From Octopus vulgaris (Eukaryota): a stretch of 64,000 nt of DNA. Positions 27,179 through 39,633 of the stretch are shown in pieces. The position numbers were made by a program, and so were the translations under genes. Under the pieces are notes generated by a model that was given only the letters and a program-made list of their open reading frames with translations, ran no database searches and was not told where the DNA came from. The stretch covers positions 29,636,001 through 29,700,000 of the forward strand of contig OX597818.1 of NCBI GenBank assembly GCA_951406725.2. Direction: 5' to 3'. How positions within the stretch are numbered: the stretch's first letter is position 1; the number at the start of each line of letters is the position of its first letter.

Positions 27179-29440
27179 CCAGTATATAATAATAGAAATA
27201 AAAAATGTTCTTTATGTATCAATGAAATTTTCTTCATCATCAAAGCTGGCCTACCCATTATTAATAATATTAATGAGCGGAATTGGCTTTGCCTTCACAG
27301 ACTAGCGTATACCTTCTCTAGATTTAAATAGCACCTAGTTTTTCTACCAGTAATTTTTTAACATTTTTCTATATAGGATTGCGCTCTTGGACATTATAAT
27401 TTATAATTTTGTATCTCCATATATGTGTTCTGTATTGATTGTTTTTGTCTCAGCTTGAAAATATATTGAAATTATATATGTATATTCTGATATATACATG
27501 GTATTTTGATCTTCATGGAGTTTTCCATTGGTGGCTGGCGTATACACGTATCATATCTTAGGCTGTTGGTTTGGGACTTTGTTGTACTGATACATAACTA
27601 GTATGGGTCTATATTTAGTATACATTGTTTATTTTTGTATAAATATGTATATATATATATATTTACTTATATTTTGTGGGTATGTGTATGTATTTGTCAG
27701 TATGTATATGTATTTGTTTATGTGTAGGTGTATGTATTAGTCTACGCATACTTGTGTATACTTATGTGGATATATGTGATTGTATATGTATATATATCTT
27801 CCTTGTAAGTGAATTGTTTGGCAGTCTTATATATTAAGTTCTCTTTGTATACATCTAAATTTGTATTTTATTTTATTTATTTATTTATATATATTTTTTT
27901 CTCCTTCTTTATTATTACTATTATCATTATTTTATTTTATTTTATTTTTTATTCATTATTTATTATTTTTTATTTTTTATCTGTTATTTATTTATTTATT
28001 TATTTTTTAGTTACTGGCACCTATTAATTTAATTTATAATTAATTTATATCTTATGTTTTATATTTAATAATAATTTCTGTTAACATATTGTATATGTAT
28101 CTATATGTCCTTCTGTTGTTTGGTTATGCATGAATGTATATATATGCAAAGCTGTGGGCAGACATGTATATTTGTAATTTCGTAAGTTCATGTGGATATG
28201 TCAACATATGTTCATGTGTATATGTATATATATATGTATATGTATATTTATATATATATATATATATTCATGGGTGGATATATGTGTATATGTTTTTTTA
28301 TACATATGAATACATATATGAGTGTGTATGTATGTATATGCAAATGTTTGTGGATGCAGTGCATGCGAGTGTATATATGTATATGGATATGTGCGTGTGT
28401 GTGTGTGTGCATGTGTATGTTGGTGCAGTTTTCCCATGCCTATGCTTGTTTATTAGTGAAGGTTTGAGTGGGAACACAGTCAAAATTGTGGTTATCTGGA
28501 AGGTTTAAGAGCACAATAAATGTTTACGAAATATACAGTGTAATTTTAATTATGTATCTTATGCTAATAACGTACCTCGACTGGGTATGGGTGTCTGTTT
28601 GCATGCATGTATATATATTTATGGATATACGTGAGTAGTTATGTATGTAAACATATATGTGTGTATGTAAGCTAGTATTTCCTGTATTGTGATTTATCCA
28701 TGTATATATGTGTAAGCGCACATATACGTGTGTACGTATGTAAGTATTTCTTAACAAACCAACCATAACGAAGACAATTGAAATTCAAATGTGCCGGCCA
28801 ATCCCATTGGGCGTTCGATATTTAATTATCTCTGAACTTTATACTTTACACATATCACAGTCCAAATCATGGCTGGCACCCGTATATACGCTTGTGCACC
28901 TGTGGAATTTTCTATGATGTAAATCAATGTTTTTCATTTTTCATTTTATATGTATCTGCCAATCTATAATGCTTTGCATGGTACTGTATTATTGTTGTTG
29001 TTGTTTTTGCTATTATGTTGCTAACTGCGTGATGCATATATTGTTTTGCTGGTTCTATTATTATTATTAATAATAATAATAATGATATTAGTAGCAATAG
29101 TGGCAATGGTAATAGTAATGATGGTAATATTAATGGCATTTGTAACTTAATATAATGAACTCTTGACTTTGTATATCTGCATTTGAATATAGATATGTAT
29201 ATGTTTCTATATTGTAATATTCTAATATATTGTTTTGACCAACTGTAACCTTGAATATAGAACATATGTATGTATATTGCTGTATATTATCATTATGTAT
29301 ATGTATATATATATATATGTATAGGAGTATGGGTATATGCACTCATATGTATGTGTATATTATATATTATGGGTATGTACCCACTCTTGTATGGGTGTAC
29401 CTCCTCTGATTTTTATATTTAATTTAGTTTGTACTTCATA

Positions 29441-29567
29441 ATCTCTGAACAGGCCTTGGGATATTTTTGTAAGTGTCTCATTTATAACTACATATTAACC
29501 TATCACACATGACTAATATGAGCATAATGAGGCACCCATATCTGCATGGCTGAAACAGCTGTAAGAT
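29441..29567 (+). ncRNA. Hammerhead-like motif with long stem II (core CUGAACA)
   Basis: ATCT-CTGAACA-GGCC...GTGTCTCATT..AATGAGGCAC...GGCT-GAAA-CAGCTG-TA-AGAT. Stem I is ATCT/AGAT and stem III is palindromic. G8 is replaced by C. Confidence 0.6.
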
Positions 29568-29776
29568 GTAGTTTATATTTATATTTGTATTTATTTATAT
29601 TCACTTATACATACTGTACTTATTGGATCTTATTACTCATTGATGCACATTGTTTTGTTCTATATTATTATGTTTGACCTTAATGCTCATATGTAGTGGT
29701 TTAATAAATTATGTGATTGGGTATTATCTGGTAGTTGATTATTGATTAAGATGTATTTCTCCATTTTCTTATTTTG

Positions 29777-29820
<44 letters not shown>

Positions 29821-30085
29821 GTGACACGTTGGGTCACCTGGAAAGTCTGAGTTTCCCAGCAACGGAGTTTTGTTTTGTGGGGTTTTTTCTTTTCCAGGCT
29901 ACTTTGCATGCTTTCAATGAAAAGGAAAGATTTGGCTGCTATTTCTTGCATGCTCTGCTACCACATGACAGATATTTCAGGTCCTTTATTGCAAATCTTT
30001 GGAGGTGAGATACATTGAAAGCACTCGAAAAAATGTTTGTAACGGTATTCCCTTGGTGCAATCTTTTGCTTTTAATCTCAGAACC

Positions 30086-30580
30086 GTCATCTGGATCAGC
30101 TGGTTTTGTTTGTTAATTTCCATAAATTTTTTTTTTATTTATTTACTTTTGTTTTAAAGTGAAAGAAAGGTGAAAGTGAAAGATGTATGAATGTGTATAT
30201 AAAATGGATGTGTGTGTGTATGTGAGAGTGAGTGAGAGAGAGAGTGCCACTTACACATACATGAGAACACACACGTTCACTCACTCTCTCTCTCTCACAC
30301 ACATGCACACATACATACAATATGTACGCTTATGTATTGATGCATGTACATATACATGACAACACATGTATTGTATATGTATTGATGTATGTACGTATAC
30401 ATGACAACACCCCCTCACTCACACTCTCTCTCTTTCTTTCTCTCTCTCTTTCTCTCTCTCTCACTTTCACACACACACACACCTCCATTTCATATACACG
30501 TACACTTTCTCCTCTCTTTCACTCTAAACAAAAGTAAATAAATAAAAATATTTTATGGAAATTAACGAACTCCAGATGAC
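30086..30580. repeat. Foldback element / long inverted repeat (~150-bp arms)
   Basis: gtcatctgga..gttaatttccataaa..tttatttatttacttttgttt.aagtgaaaga.. at 30086-30245 is the reverse complement of ~30420-30580. Confidence 0.85.
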
Positions 30581-31156
30581 AAACAAAAGATCACCTTTCC
30601 CTTGAAAATAATTTTAAAAAAACATTAAAGTATTGTCTGTTTAAAGAAAGCTAAAATAGACATACTTAATGTATAAACAACTTACATTTTTAAATATTTC
30701 TAAATGATTAAAATATTGTGTACATCAAAAAGTCAACATTTCTTTTTCCTTAGAGAACACAAAGACTATACATGTGTATGTCACTGATAGCAGACATATG
30801 TTTGTATTGATTGACAAGCCACGACATTCATTATATGTGTAGATATTCTGTATGTGTGTTGACATCATGGAAGCCATGTTTTTTTTTTCATCAAGAAATA
30901 ACAAACAAAAATTGTGTTAAATCGTTTTCATTAATAGATAGAGGTCTGAATATCAGAAAAATCTGTACTGTACTGTCGAAAGTAAATGTGAAAATATGCA
31001 CACACATACATACACACAGACACATTATATATATATACACATGCATACATACATACATACATACATACATACATACATACATACATACATACATACATAC
31101 ATACATACAAACATATATACATACATACATACATACATACATGCATGCATACATAT

Positions 31157-31205
<49 letters not shown>

Positions 31206-31606
31206 AACCTGGGCTTGTTCTTCTATCATACTTTAGCTTCTCCACACCTAGCATAAAACCACCTCCTCCTTTCAAATACTATACCACCAGGTTTTTCATG
31301 TTCGTTTCCTGTCTTACAAATTACTTTACCACCTCACTAGTGCCAGTGGTACAAAATAAAAGCACCCAGTACATACTGTAAAATGTCTAGCATTAAGAAG
31401 GGCATCCAGCTGTAGAAGCCATGCTAAAACTAACACTGGATCTCAACACAGTCTTGTAGTTCACAGGATCTTATTAGTCTGTCTAACTCATGCCAGCGTG
31501 GAAAACAGATGTTAAAAGGTAATGGTAGTAACAATGTTTCTATGTATGTATGTATGTATGTATGTATTTATGTATGTATGCATGCATGTATGTATACACA
31601 CACAGG

Positions 31607-33237
31607 TCAATAAGCACAGGTCTCAGACATGAAACTCTAGCTGGAAACTAAGAATAATAAGGTCCAGATCCTTCATTCCTACTAAGCCAAACCCATGGCC
31701 TCTAAATACCTGGTCCACAAGAAGGCAGCTATTGCAGACAACACCAAGTTCAATATCCTAATAGTGGACTTGGTGAGAGTGATGAGAAATGTGTCCCACA
31801 TGTGTGATCCAGAGAAATTGGAAAGACACATACATTTCATCCACCACAAGGAATTCACTGGCTACAGCCAAAGAGACAGGATTAGAGTGTACAAAGGAGC
31901 CAGGGCTAAGTACAAGGTCATCATAGAGAATGATGCAAATGGGATCTGCCTGCTATATAGGAGTAAATCCTGGAATAGCAGAGAAGGGACCAAGAAGAAG
32001 ATAGATAAAGCCAATTATGACAATAAAAAATACCAGAGTGTCATGTTCATTGCTGCTACTCCTGGTGGCAAACTTACATATCATCATCATCATCATCATC
32101 ATCATCGTTTAACATCTGTTTTGCATGCTGACAGTTTGACTGAGGTCTGGAGAGCCAGCAGCTACACCAGGCTCCAATCTGATCGGGCAATGTTTCTAGA
32201 GCTGGATGCCCTGCCTAACACTAACCCCTCTGAGAGTGTAGTGGGTACTTTTTACATGCCACCAGCACAGGAGCCAGTCAGGTGGGCCTAGCATCGATTA
32301 CATTTGGATGGTGCTTTTTATGTGTCACCGGCATGGGAGCTAGTCAGGTGGTCCTGGCATCGATCATGTTTGAATAGTGCTTTTTATGTGCCACCAGCAT
32401 AGGAGCTAGTCAGGGAGTACAGGCATCGGCCATGTTCAGATGGTGCTTTTTATGTTCCACCAGCATGGGAGCCAGTCAGGGGACACTGGCATCGACCACA
32501 TTTGGATGATGCATTTTACATGCCACTAGAATGGGAGCCAGTCAGTGGGTACTGGCCACAGCTATTCTTATTCTAGCCACTACATTCTCTGTGCAACCAC
32601 ACCCACTACAGACTTGGTTGCTTAGGTAGCGGAAGCTATCGATTACTTCTAGTTTATCCCCCTGGCATGTGATGGAATCTGTTTTCTGTACATCTTCAGT
32701 GTTTATTGCCCCTGTGCATCTGCCACTTTTTAGAAAAGCATTAGATAAGGTAAATCTATGGATTAAAGTAGTAGAAAGGCCAGGAATCTCCATAAAATCT
32801 CTGATCAGTAGAACATATCCTTTCAATAAGTCCTAATGTACAGAGAACAATTGTATAAAAAGTAAGATGAACCCACAGCTTAACTGTAAAATTAGGAATG
32901 TAGTCTATAGTTTACTGTACTGAGGAATGGTGCAGAAACAAGACAACTTACATTTGGAAGATGGCTCATAGCATAGGGGGAGTGGATAGGTGAACACTGG
33001 CAGAAGGTCAAAGAAGAGAAAAGCTCACCAGTGCTCTACCAACATGCTCAATTAGAACATAGAAGCTCAGTTAACAACATAGAGGTTAAGGTATTATCAA
33101 CACATAGAGCAAGCATGACACTTAGACAGATTACAGAAACCACACACATAGTAATAGATTGACTGAGTATCAACAGAAAGCATGAATGGAACAATAACAT
33201 TCACCACCACTACCACACTGCTCAATACAATGTCTAA
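31607..33237 (+). mobile_element. Penelope-like element 3' part (Naiad-like), interrupted by an RTE fragment
   Basis: KPMASKYLVHKK..TKFNIL..LVRVMRN..GYS..LYRSKSW..SVMFIAATPGGKL, then after the insertion IKVVERPG..YPF..C....C..NCK.RNVVY..C..C..TYIG..H..LRQITE..INRKHEW (GIY-YIG). Confidence 0.75.
32080..32728 (-). mobile_element. RTE fragment (tail, UTR repeats, short RT C-terminal piece)
   Basis: (cat)n tail, five ggtgcttttta-type repeat cores, then SGRCTGAINT..LEVIDSFRYL. Confidence 0.85.
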
Positions 33238-34066
33238 AGACAGAAGGAAAAAGAAATTGTATAATACATAAACACATATATACACATACAAAAGACATAC
33301 ATGCTCATACTAATGATGAAACATAAGAAATAGAGATAAATAAGTATAAAACGTAAAGAAACTATATAAAGGGCAAGGATACAAACAATATAGTAAGCAA
33401 ACCCATATATACACACACACAAAACACACATACAAAACACATAGACATGTGTACACATATGCATGCACACACACACATGCATGCACATAGACACATGCAC
33501 ACGCACACACGCATGCACACAAAGAGACACAGATGCAATTGCAGATAAACATACACATCATAGAAAGACAGAATGGACTGAACAGAACAGGAGGATACAT
33601 GTGGGTCACAGGTGTGTGACAAAAGATTTCCAGACAATAGACATAAGATAAAATGAGAACAATAATAAATGAGTGAAGAATGAATATATAGTGCATGTGT
33701 TTATTTGGCAAGAAAAGAAAATGACCATCCTAAAATATAACAATATCTGTTTCAATACATGATTTCACATTAAGAATCTTTCAAAACAAATTCTTAAGTG
33801 CATTCTCCAAATGTTGTGTTGAAGTTTGATATGGGCCATTTACACACATGGTCAACTTAAGTCTTTAGTATTTGGTCATTGGTGCTATCAGGCATAGTAA
33901 GGGAATTGTATTAGAAAATGAATGAAATATTAGTAGTAATTATATTGTGATACAGAAGTTGAGAAAGCTCTGATTAGCTAGGATATAGAATACTGGTAGA
34001 CTGAGATGTTGAAATGAAATATATATGTGTGTGTGTGTATACACACATATATATACATACATGCAT

Positions 34067-34124
<58 letters not shown>

Positions 34125-34131
<7 letters not shown>

Positions 34132-34455
34132 ATAATGAAATTATTATGTATAGTGCTCAGGTGCACTACAACTCATCAAAGGTGCACGTACAGTACATAG
34201 AATTATGTACAAAAGCCAGGTAAGTGAACAGTGTATGAGTCATGTTATACATGTGTGTATGCAAATGGAAGGGGAGATATAAGGTGTAGTGTTGGCGAAT
34301 TTCAGAAAGTGTGGAGGTTTTAAAGGTTGCAATGTCTCAGCAACTAACAACTGATGCAGGTAGTTTGTTCCCTGCTTCAGCAACTTTGAGTGTGAAACGT
34401 GTTTCCGAAAGTCATGGGAGCTGTGCTGTTTTCTGACTTTGTAGGCATGTGTTAG
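34125..34455 (-). mobile_element. CR1-type LINE 3' end
   Basis: HAYKVRKQHSSHDFRKH..TL.VAEA.NKLP pattern of a CR1 ORF2 C-terminus, followed by a UTR ending at a (CA)n tract. Confidence 0.65.
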
Positions 34456-35829
34456 GCATATGGAGCTCAACCAATATATATATAGAGATAGTAAAAGAAT
34501 TGAAAGAGATCTCCTCCAAGCTCACAGTCTTATCCAACAAAATCGATGAGATACAGACTTACACTAAGGAAACACTTAAAAAAAGAAGGAAAATGGAAGA
34601 AACAGCAGTTGTACAAACCCTCAACCAGTTATGTAAAATATAGAAACAGTGATGCTCCAGAAGCTGGAACAAAATCCCAAAACTGAAGAAGATAACATCA
34701 AACTGCAACGAGAAACCTCTGCAATCAAAAACTCTATTAAATATATATGGAACCAAAACTTCACAGCTTGTAAATATGCCTTTTGTAACTTCATTAAAAA
34801 TAATGGCAAAGCAGAAATATATGGAAAATGGCTCAATTCAACACCGATCATCCTCCAAAAAAACTACAAATAAAACCTATTGCTATTGAACCCGAACAAC
34901 AATAAAAATTTGGAGGAAAGATGGTTCTCGACAAATTCAGAATGGAAATCCAGCTATTACAGCTTAGAGCAAATTTCAATGAAGAAAAATTTTTAATGTT
35001 TGATGCATAAATGCAAACAGAAGTTTCAAAAACATCCGAAGACCAAGAAAGCAGTATTAAACTTTGGAAAAAGAAATGTGAAAATGAGGAATTAGCTTCT
35101 CTTCAACAGAGGGACAGAAATGCTCTTTGGCTCTCTAGGTATGAATCTCATTTTAAAAATGAGTACTCTACTGAGAACCCATTCCTGAAGAAAGTTAAAA
35201 TCCACAAACGTCATTCACAGCTGATCAATCAAACACCTAAATATGGAAATTATAGTCATCAATTCCTTAAAGATAATTCAAGACTACTTCAACAACAAAA
35301 TAATCCAACTAAAATGCCTCCAATTGGTCTGAACTTTCCCCATAACTGAAGACATACACAACAGATAAAAAATATCAACTTAAAAGACAATTACAGAAAG
35401 AAACAAACATAATCCAGAACAACAAATACACAAAATTAATAGAAAGGGGTACAAGTTAACAGAGAAAATGTCCTTGGATATATAAATAGAAATAAAAGGA
35501 AAACTTTGAAAAATCATTTTTTAGATTCAAGCAACAGAGTTCTTGACACCAGATAGTACAAACCGAAGATGAGAAACTGAAGATAATTAACCAATCCAAA
35601 AATCTTTTTCAGTAGAAGAAATAAATATTTTGTCAAAAGGCCTAAAAATTACCCCAACACTACAGCACACTAACTCCAATGAAACACAGAATGATATTTC
35701 ACTGTTCTGTAGAAAACCATGTCTAACAGAGGAATTATATGATAAAGAAAACAGGGACAATTCAGTTGTAAGAAACAAGCAATTACAAGCCTACAAAAGG
35801 TAAATTTTGTGATTTTATCTCTACCTTCC

Positions 35830-37721
35830 CAGAATCACTACTGGAACTAGAAAAGAAATTTCGGGTGTGGAAGCTAGGTTTAGAATCAATAGGCCTTAGA
35901 GTCAATGTAACAAAGACCAAAGTTCTAGTAAGTAGGAAGGCAGACACACCACACACCCCTTTCAGGTAGGTTGCCCTGCTCGATCTGTAGAAAAGGTGTA
36001 GGTAGAAACTCCATAAGATGTACCCAGTGTAAGCTATGGAAACATAAGAGGTGCAGCACCATCAAAGGAAAATTAACCAAGAAGATAGCTTTCATGTGCG
36101 GTAGATGCACAGAGGCAATAGACATCATTGATACTCAGAAAACAGATTCCATTACACTCCTGGGAGAGAAACTAGAAGTAGTTGATAGTTTCTGCTACCT
36201 AGGTGACCAAGTTAGTAGTGGGGGTGAATGTTCAAAGAGTGTCACCACTAGAATAAGAATAGCCTGGGCAAAGTTCAGAAAGCTTCTACCCCTACTGGTG
36301 ACAAAGGGTCTCTCGCTCAGAGTGAAAGGTAGATTGTATGACACATGTGTGCAAACTGCCATGATTCACAGTAGAGAAACATGGGCTGTGACTGCTGAGG
36401 ATATGCGTAGGCTTGAAAGAAATGAAGCTAGCATGATCCGCTGGATGTGTAATGTCAGTGAGCACACATTACAGTGTAAGTGCCCTGAGAGAAATGCTGG
36501 ACATAAGAAGCATTGGATGTGGAGTGCAAGAGAGATGTCTGTGCTGGTATGGTCATGTACTACGGGTGAATGAGGAGAGATGTGTGAAGAAGTACCACTC
36601 CCAAACAGTTGAAGGAATCCTGGGTAAAGGTAAACCCATGAAGACATGGAATGAGATGGTCAAGCACGACCTTTGAACGTTGGGTCTCACAGAGGCAATG
36701 ACGGAAAACCGAGACCTCTGGAGATATACTGTGACTGCGAAGACCCGACAAATAGCATGAGTTCATGACTGTTTCCTGCACCAGCTTCACATAGCAGCCC
36801 CAGCCCATCCAAAGTGCCTTGGATCGAATGACCTGCTGTGTTTGAGGAGACCTATTGAGTCAAGTTCATCAGCATCAAAAAATCAAATGGAAATTGTAGT
36901 TGTGATACCTGTGCCAGTGGCATGTAAAAAACAACATCCGTACGTGGCCGATGCCAGCGCCGCCTTGACTGGCTTCCGTGCTGGTGGCACGTAATGAGCA
37001 CCAACTGATCGTGGCCGATGCCAGCCTCCCCTGGAACCTGTGCTGGTGGCAAGTAAAAAGCACCATCTGTACGTGGCCGATACCCTCGCCGCTTCGACTG
37101 GCTTCCGTGCTGGTGGCACGTAAAAAGCACCAACTGTTCGTGGCCGATGCCAGCCTGCCCTGGCACATAAAAAGCACCATCTGTATGTGGCCAATGCCCT
37201 TGCCGCCTTGACTGGCTTCCGTGCTGGTGGCATGTGAAAAGCACCAATTGTTCGTGGCCGTTGCCACCCTACCCTGGCACCTAAAAAGCACCATCCATAC
37301 ATGGCCGATGCCAGTGCTGCCTTGATTGGCTTCCGTGCCGGTGGCACGTAAAAAGCACCAACCGATTGTGGCCATTGCCAGTCTCCCCTGGCACCAGTGC
37401 TGGTGGCACGTAAAAAACACCATCCGTACGTGGCCGATGCCAGCGCCGCCTTGACTGGCTTCCGTGCTGGTGGCACGTAAAAAGCACCAATCGATTGTGG
37501 ATTTTGCCAGGCTCCCCTGGCACCTGTGCCTGTGGCACATAAAAAGCACTCACTACACTCACGGAGTGGTTGGCGTTAGGAAGGGCATCCAGCTGTAGAA
37601 ACACCGCCAAATCAGACTGGAGCCTGGTGCAGCCTCCTGGCTTCCCAGACCCCGGTCGAACCATCCAACCCATGCTAGCATGGAAAACGGACGTTAAACG
37701 ATGATGATGATGATGATGATG
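35830..37721 (+). mobile_element. 5'-truncated RTE LINE with complete 3' UTR and (GAT)n tail
   Basis: ORF 35971-36573 has a Cys-rich insert (CSIC..C..C..W.H..C..C..C), FCYLGD and ETWAVT. The 3' end is ggaaaacggacgttaaac(gat)n. Confidence 0.92.
36905..37550 (+). repeat. Alternating two-unit tandem array within the RTE 3' UTR
   Basis: About 11 copies of the core GTGGCACGTAAAAAGCACC, separated alternately by an A spacer (atccgtacgtggccgatgccagcgccgccttgactggcttcc) and a B spacer (aactgatcgtggcc..cccctggcacc). Confidence 0.9.
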
Positions 37722-38489
37722 AATCAAATGTCAAGTTTTTTTATGGAGATTACATGGGTCAAACAAAGCTTACTCTAAGAAATAGACTGACAATTCACCA
37801 ACAACAAATACAAGACCCTAGTACTTGACAGATTCCACTGAGTGGTCATATAGACATATGAGCAAAAAATAAGTCCCCCAAATTCCAGGTCTTCCCACTC
37901 TACCTATGTTCAGTGAATACCACAGCTGAAGCTCAGATAAACAAAGAAAATACTTTCATGCAAAAGTACAAACCAAGACATAACAAACTTTAACAGAGTA
38001 CATATACAAATAACTATTCACACACAAAATTCATTCTGCCACTGATCATGAGGAAGCTACACAACTAAAAACCTAAACTGTAGCCACTAGACTACATACA
38101 AATGACTCCTGTCCACTTTCCCACCAGACAGATTAAATTTGGAATGTTCAGTCAACCAAGTTAGCCTTCTTTTTAGGCACAAAATATACTGTCACATGAT
38201 ACTAACACAAGAACATAGCAGGAAACATACAAAAGATTATAAACTTAATCTTGTTCATTCTTTACAAACACTCCACAGAAAACATTCAGAGCATTGATTG
38301 TTTGAATGTGTTCAATCAACACACAGATGTAGTGGGGAGCCTACCAAAATGACCAGTCACGTGACTATCCTCTACTAATCAAATCCTATTCAAAACATAT
38401 AGTAATTTGAGCCTATAAAAATAGGGCAAGCTTCAAACACTAGTCAGAAGCTGGACACCTGCAACATAAACCATGTCTTCCTATTTGAA

Positions 38490-38528
38490 CTTTTTGAAAA
38501 TCAGTGTAGACTGTGAAACTGGTTTAAG
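38490..38528 (+). ncRNA. Variant minimal hammerhead (core UUGAAAA, U3-A8) at PLE 3' end
   Basis: CTTT-TTGAAAA-T-CAGT(gtag)ACTG-T-GAAA-CTGG-TT-TAAG. The second copy (minus strand, 55785-56051) has the same core and a palindromic CTAG stem III. Confidence 0.5.
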
Positions 38529-39633
38529 CCTTAAATATATTAAGAATAAATATTTTAACTATTCTCAGTGCATTTTTAACTTCTATTTTTCCTACATACA
38601 TACATACATACATATATACATATATATATATTAGAAGAAATGAGGTACTCAGAAATTCGGATGGTTTTATATTTACAGATATTTATTTGTATATTACATG
38701 TTTTTATACATCATATAACTTAGATCATATATTAGCGCTTTTCAAATCAAACTATATATAAATAGAATGGTTGTATACTGTCAATCAAACAAGAACGTGG
38801 ACAGTAGGGGCTACACCACCGCTGTATAGCCCTAGGAAGCATTGAACGCCTCCTGATGGCTTTGACACATTTTTCCCTGTGTCCTTATATACATATACAT
38901 GTCTCTATGAGAGATTTAGAAATTCAATATTTCTTATTTTGATAATCAGTGAATAGACTTCACTGAATATAGATATATACAATTACGAAGTCGAGGCAAA
39001 TATCACCAGCTGACCGGTGTCTGCTACTCTAGGCCGATGAAGGACAACGATCCTGAAACAGAGGCCATCCGGATTCCCGTTTGTGCCGTGAACAGGAATT
39101 AATCTTCTCTCTTCGCTCTTTTACGCCATTTGGTCTCAACTCTCCCCTCCTCCTCATCGAACCCCCCTCTCCCCCTTCCTCATCTAACCTCCCCCCGACC
39201 CTTACTTCTCTTCAGTCCTTCATCCTTTCACCCCTACTCTCTTTCCCTCCTCTTCCCTCTTTCTCTCTGCTCCCTCACTCCAACTTCTCTCCCCCTCCCT
39301 CTATCCTCTCCCCTTTCTCTCATCTCCCCCTTCCCCCATCATCTCACCCTCACCCCCTCCCCCCTCATCTCCTCTCTCTACACCACACCATACGACATTA
39401 CACATCACATCATACATACATACACACGTCCAGACCTCTCATACACACTACATACTCTCTCATACACACACACACCCTTATGTTGGGGCGTGGTCATTTG
39501 ACCCTGTTATCTCCCCTATTTTCGCTCTTGCGTCTCACGTTTGATCTTTGACTTCTGGCCGGAATCAGATCGCCATGTTGATTCGCTAGCTTCTGCACAC
39601 ATTTTTTTTCTCTCCTTGTTTCTTTTCTGTGTA

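Larger units (their letters stand above)
25688..29770 (+). mobile_element. Penelope-like element (RT thumb, Asn-rich linker, GIY-YIG endonuclease, long microsatellite-rich 3' region), 5'-truncated
   Basis: SISQRISYLSSN..IF..YNTAL..AGY; IRIGYS..NLATIISSFN; CNCRNRDKC..ECL..EVVYQC..VYIGAT..KQRLNYH..STGLSTYIWELK..WKIL..CSLCINE. The coding part ends ~27330. The 3' boundary is inferred from the hammerhead-like motif and the (TA)n tract. Confidence 0.8.
34460..38595 (+). mobile_element. Penelope-like element relic (N-terminal region, GIY-YIG, 3' repeat) with the RT core replaced by an RTE insertion
   Basis: Coiled-coil-like N-terminal ORF pieces. EEINILSKGLK.TPT motif at ~35615-35660. YMGQTKLTLRNRLTIHQQQI..LSGHI..KEKYF...KP at 37735-37990. 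The 3' end is homologous to 55712-56190. Confidence 0.7.

Noticed and set aside
33150-33175. In-frame TGA in the Naiad-like PLE as a possible selenocysteine codon
   Set aside because: It is not at a Cys-like position and the copy has other stops and frameshifts, so simple decay is more likely.
36905-37550. CRISPR-like repeat-spacer appearance
   Set aside because: The spacers are not unique (two alternating types), there are no cas genes, the context is eukaryotic and the array lies inside a LINE 3' UTR.
36852-37727. Long minus-strand ORFs with repeated MVLFTCH / MPPARKP peptides (also 2993-3332 and 23299-23782)
   Set aside because: Antisense read-through of the RTE UTR tandem array, open in several frames, with no protein-like features.
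39015-39075. CCGATGA-AGGA(caacga)TCCT-GAAAC hammerhead-like string
   Set aside because: Stem II is good, but U4 is C and I could not build a convincing stem I, stem III and NUH site. Kept only as a weak mention.
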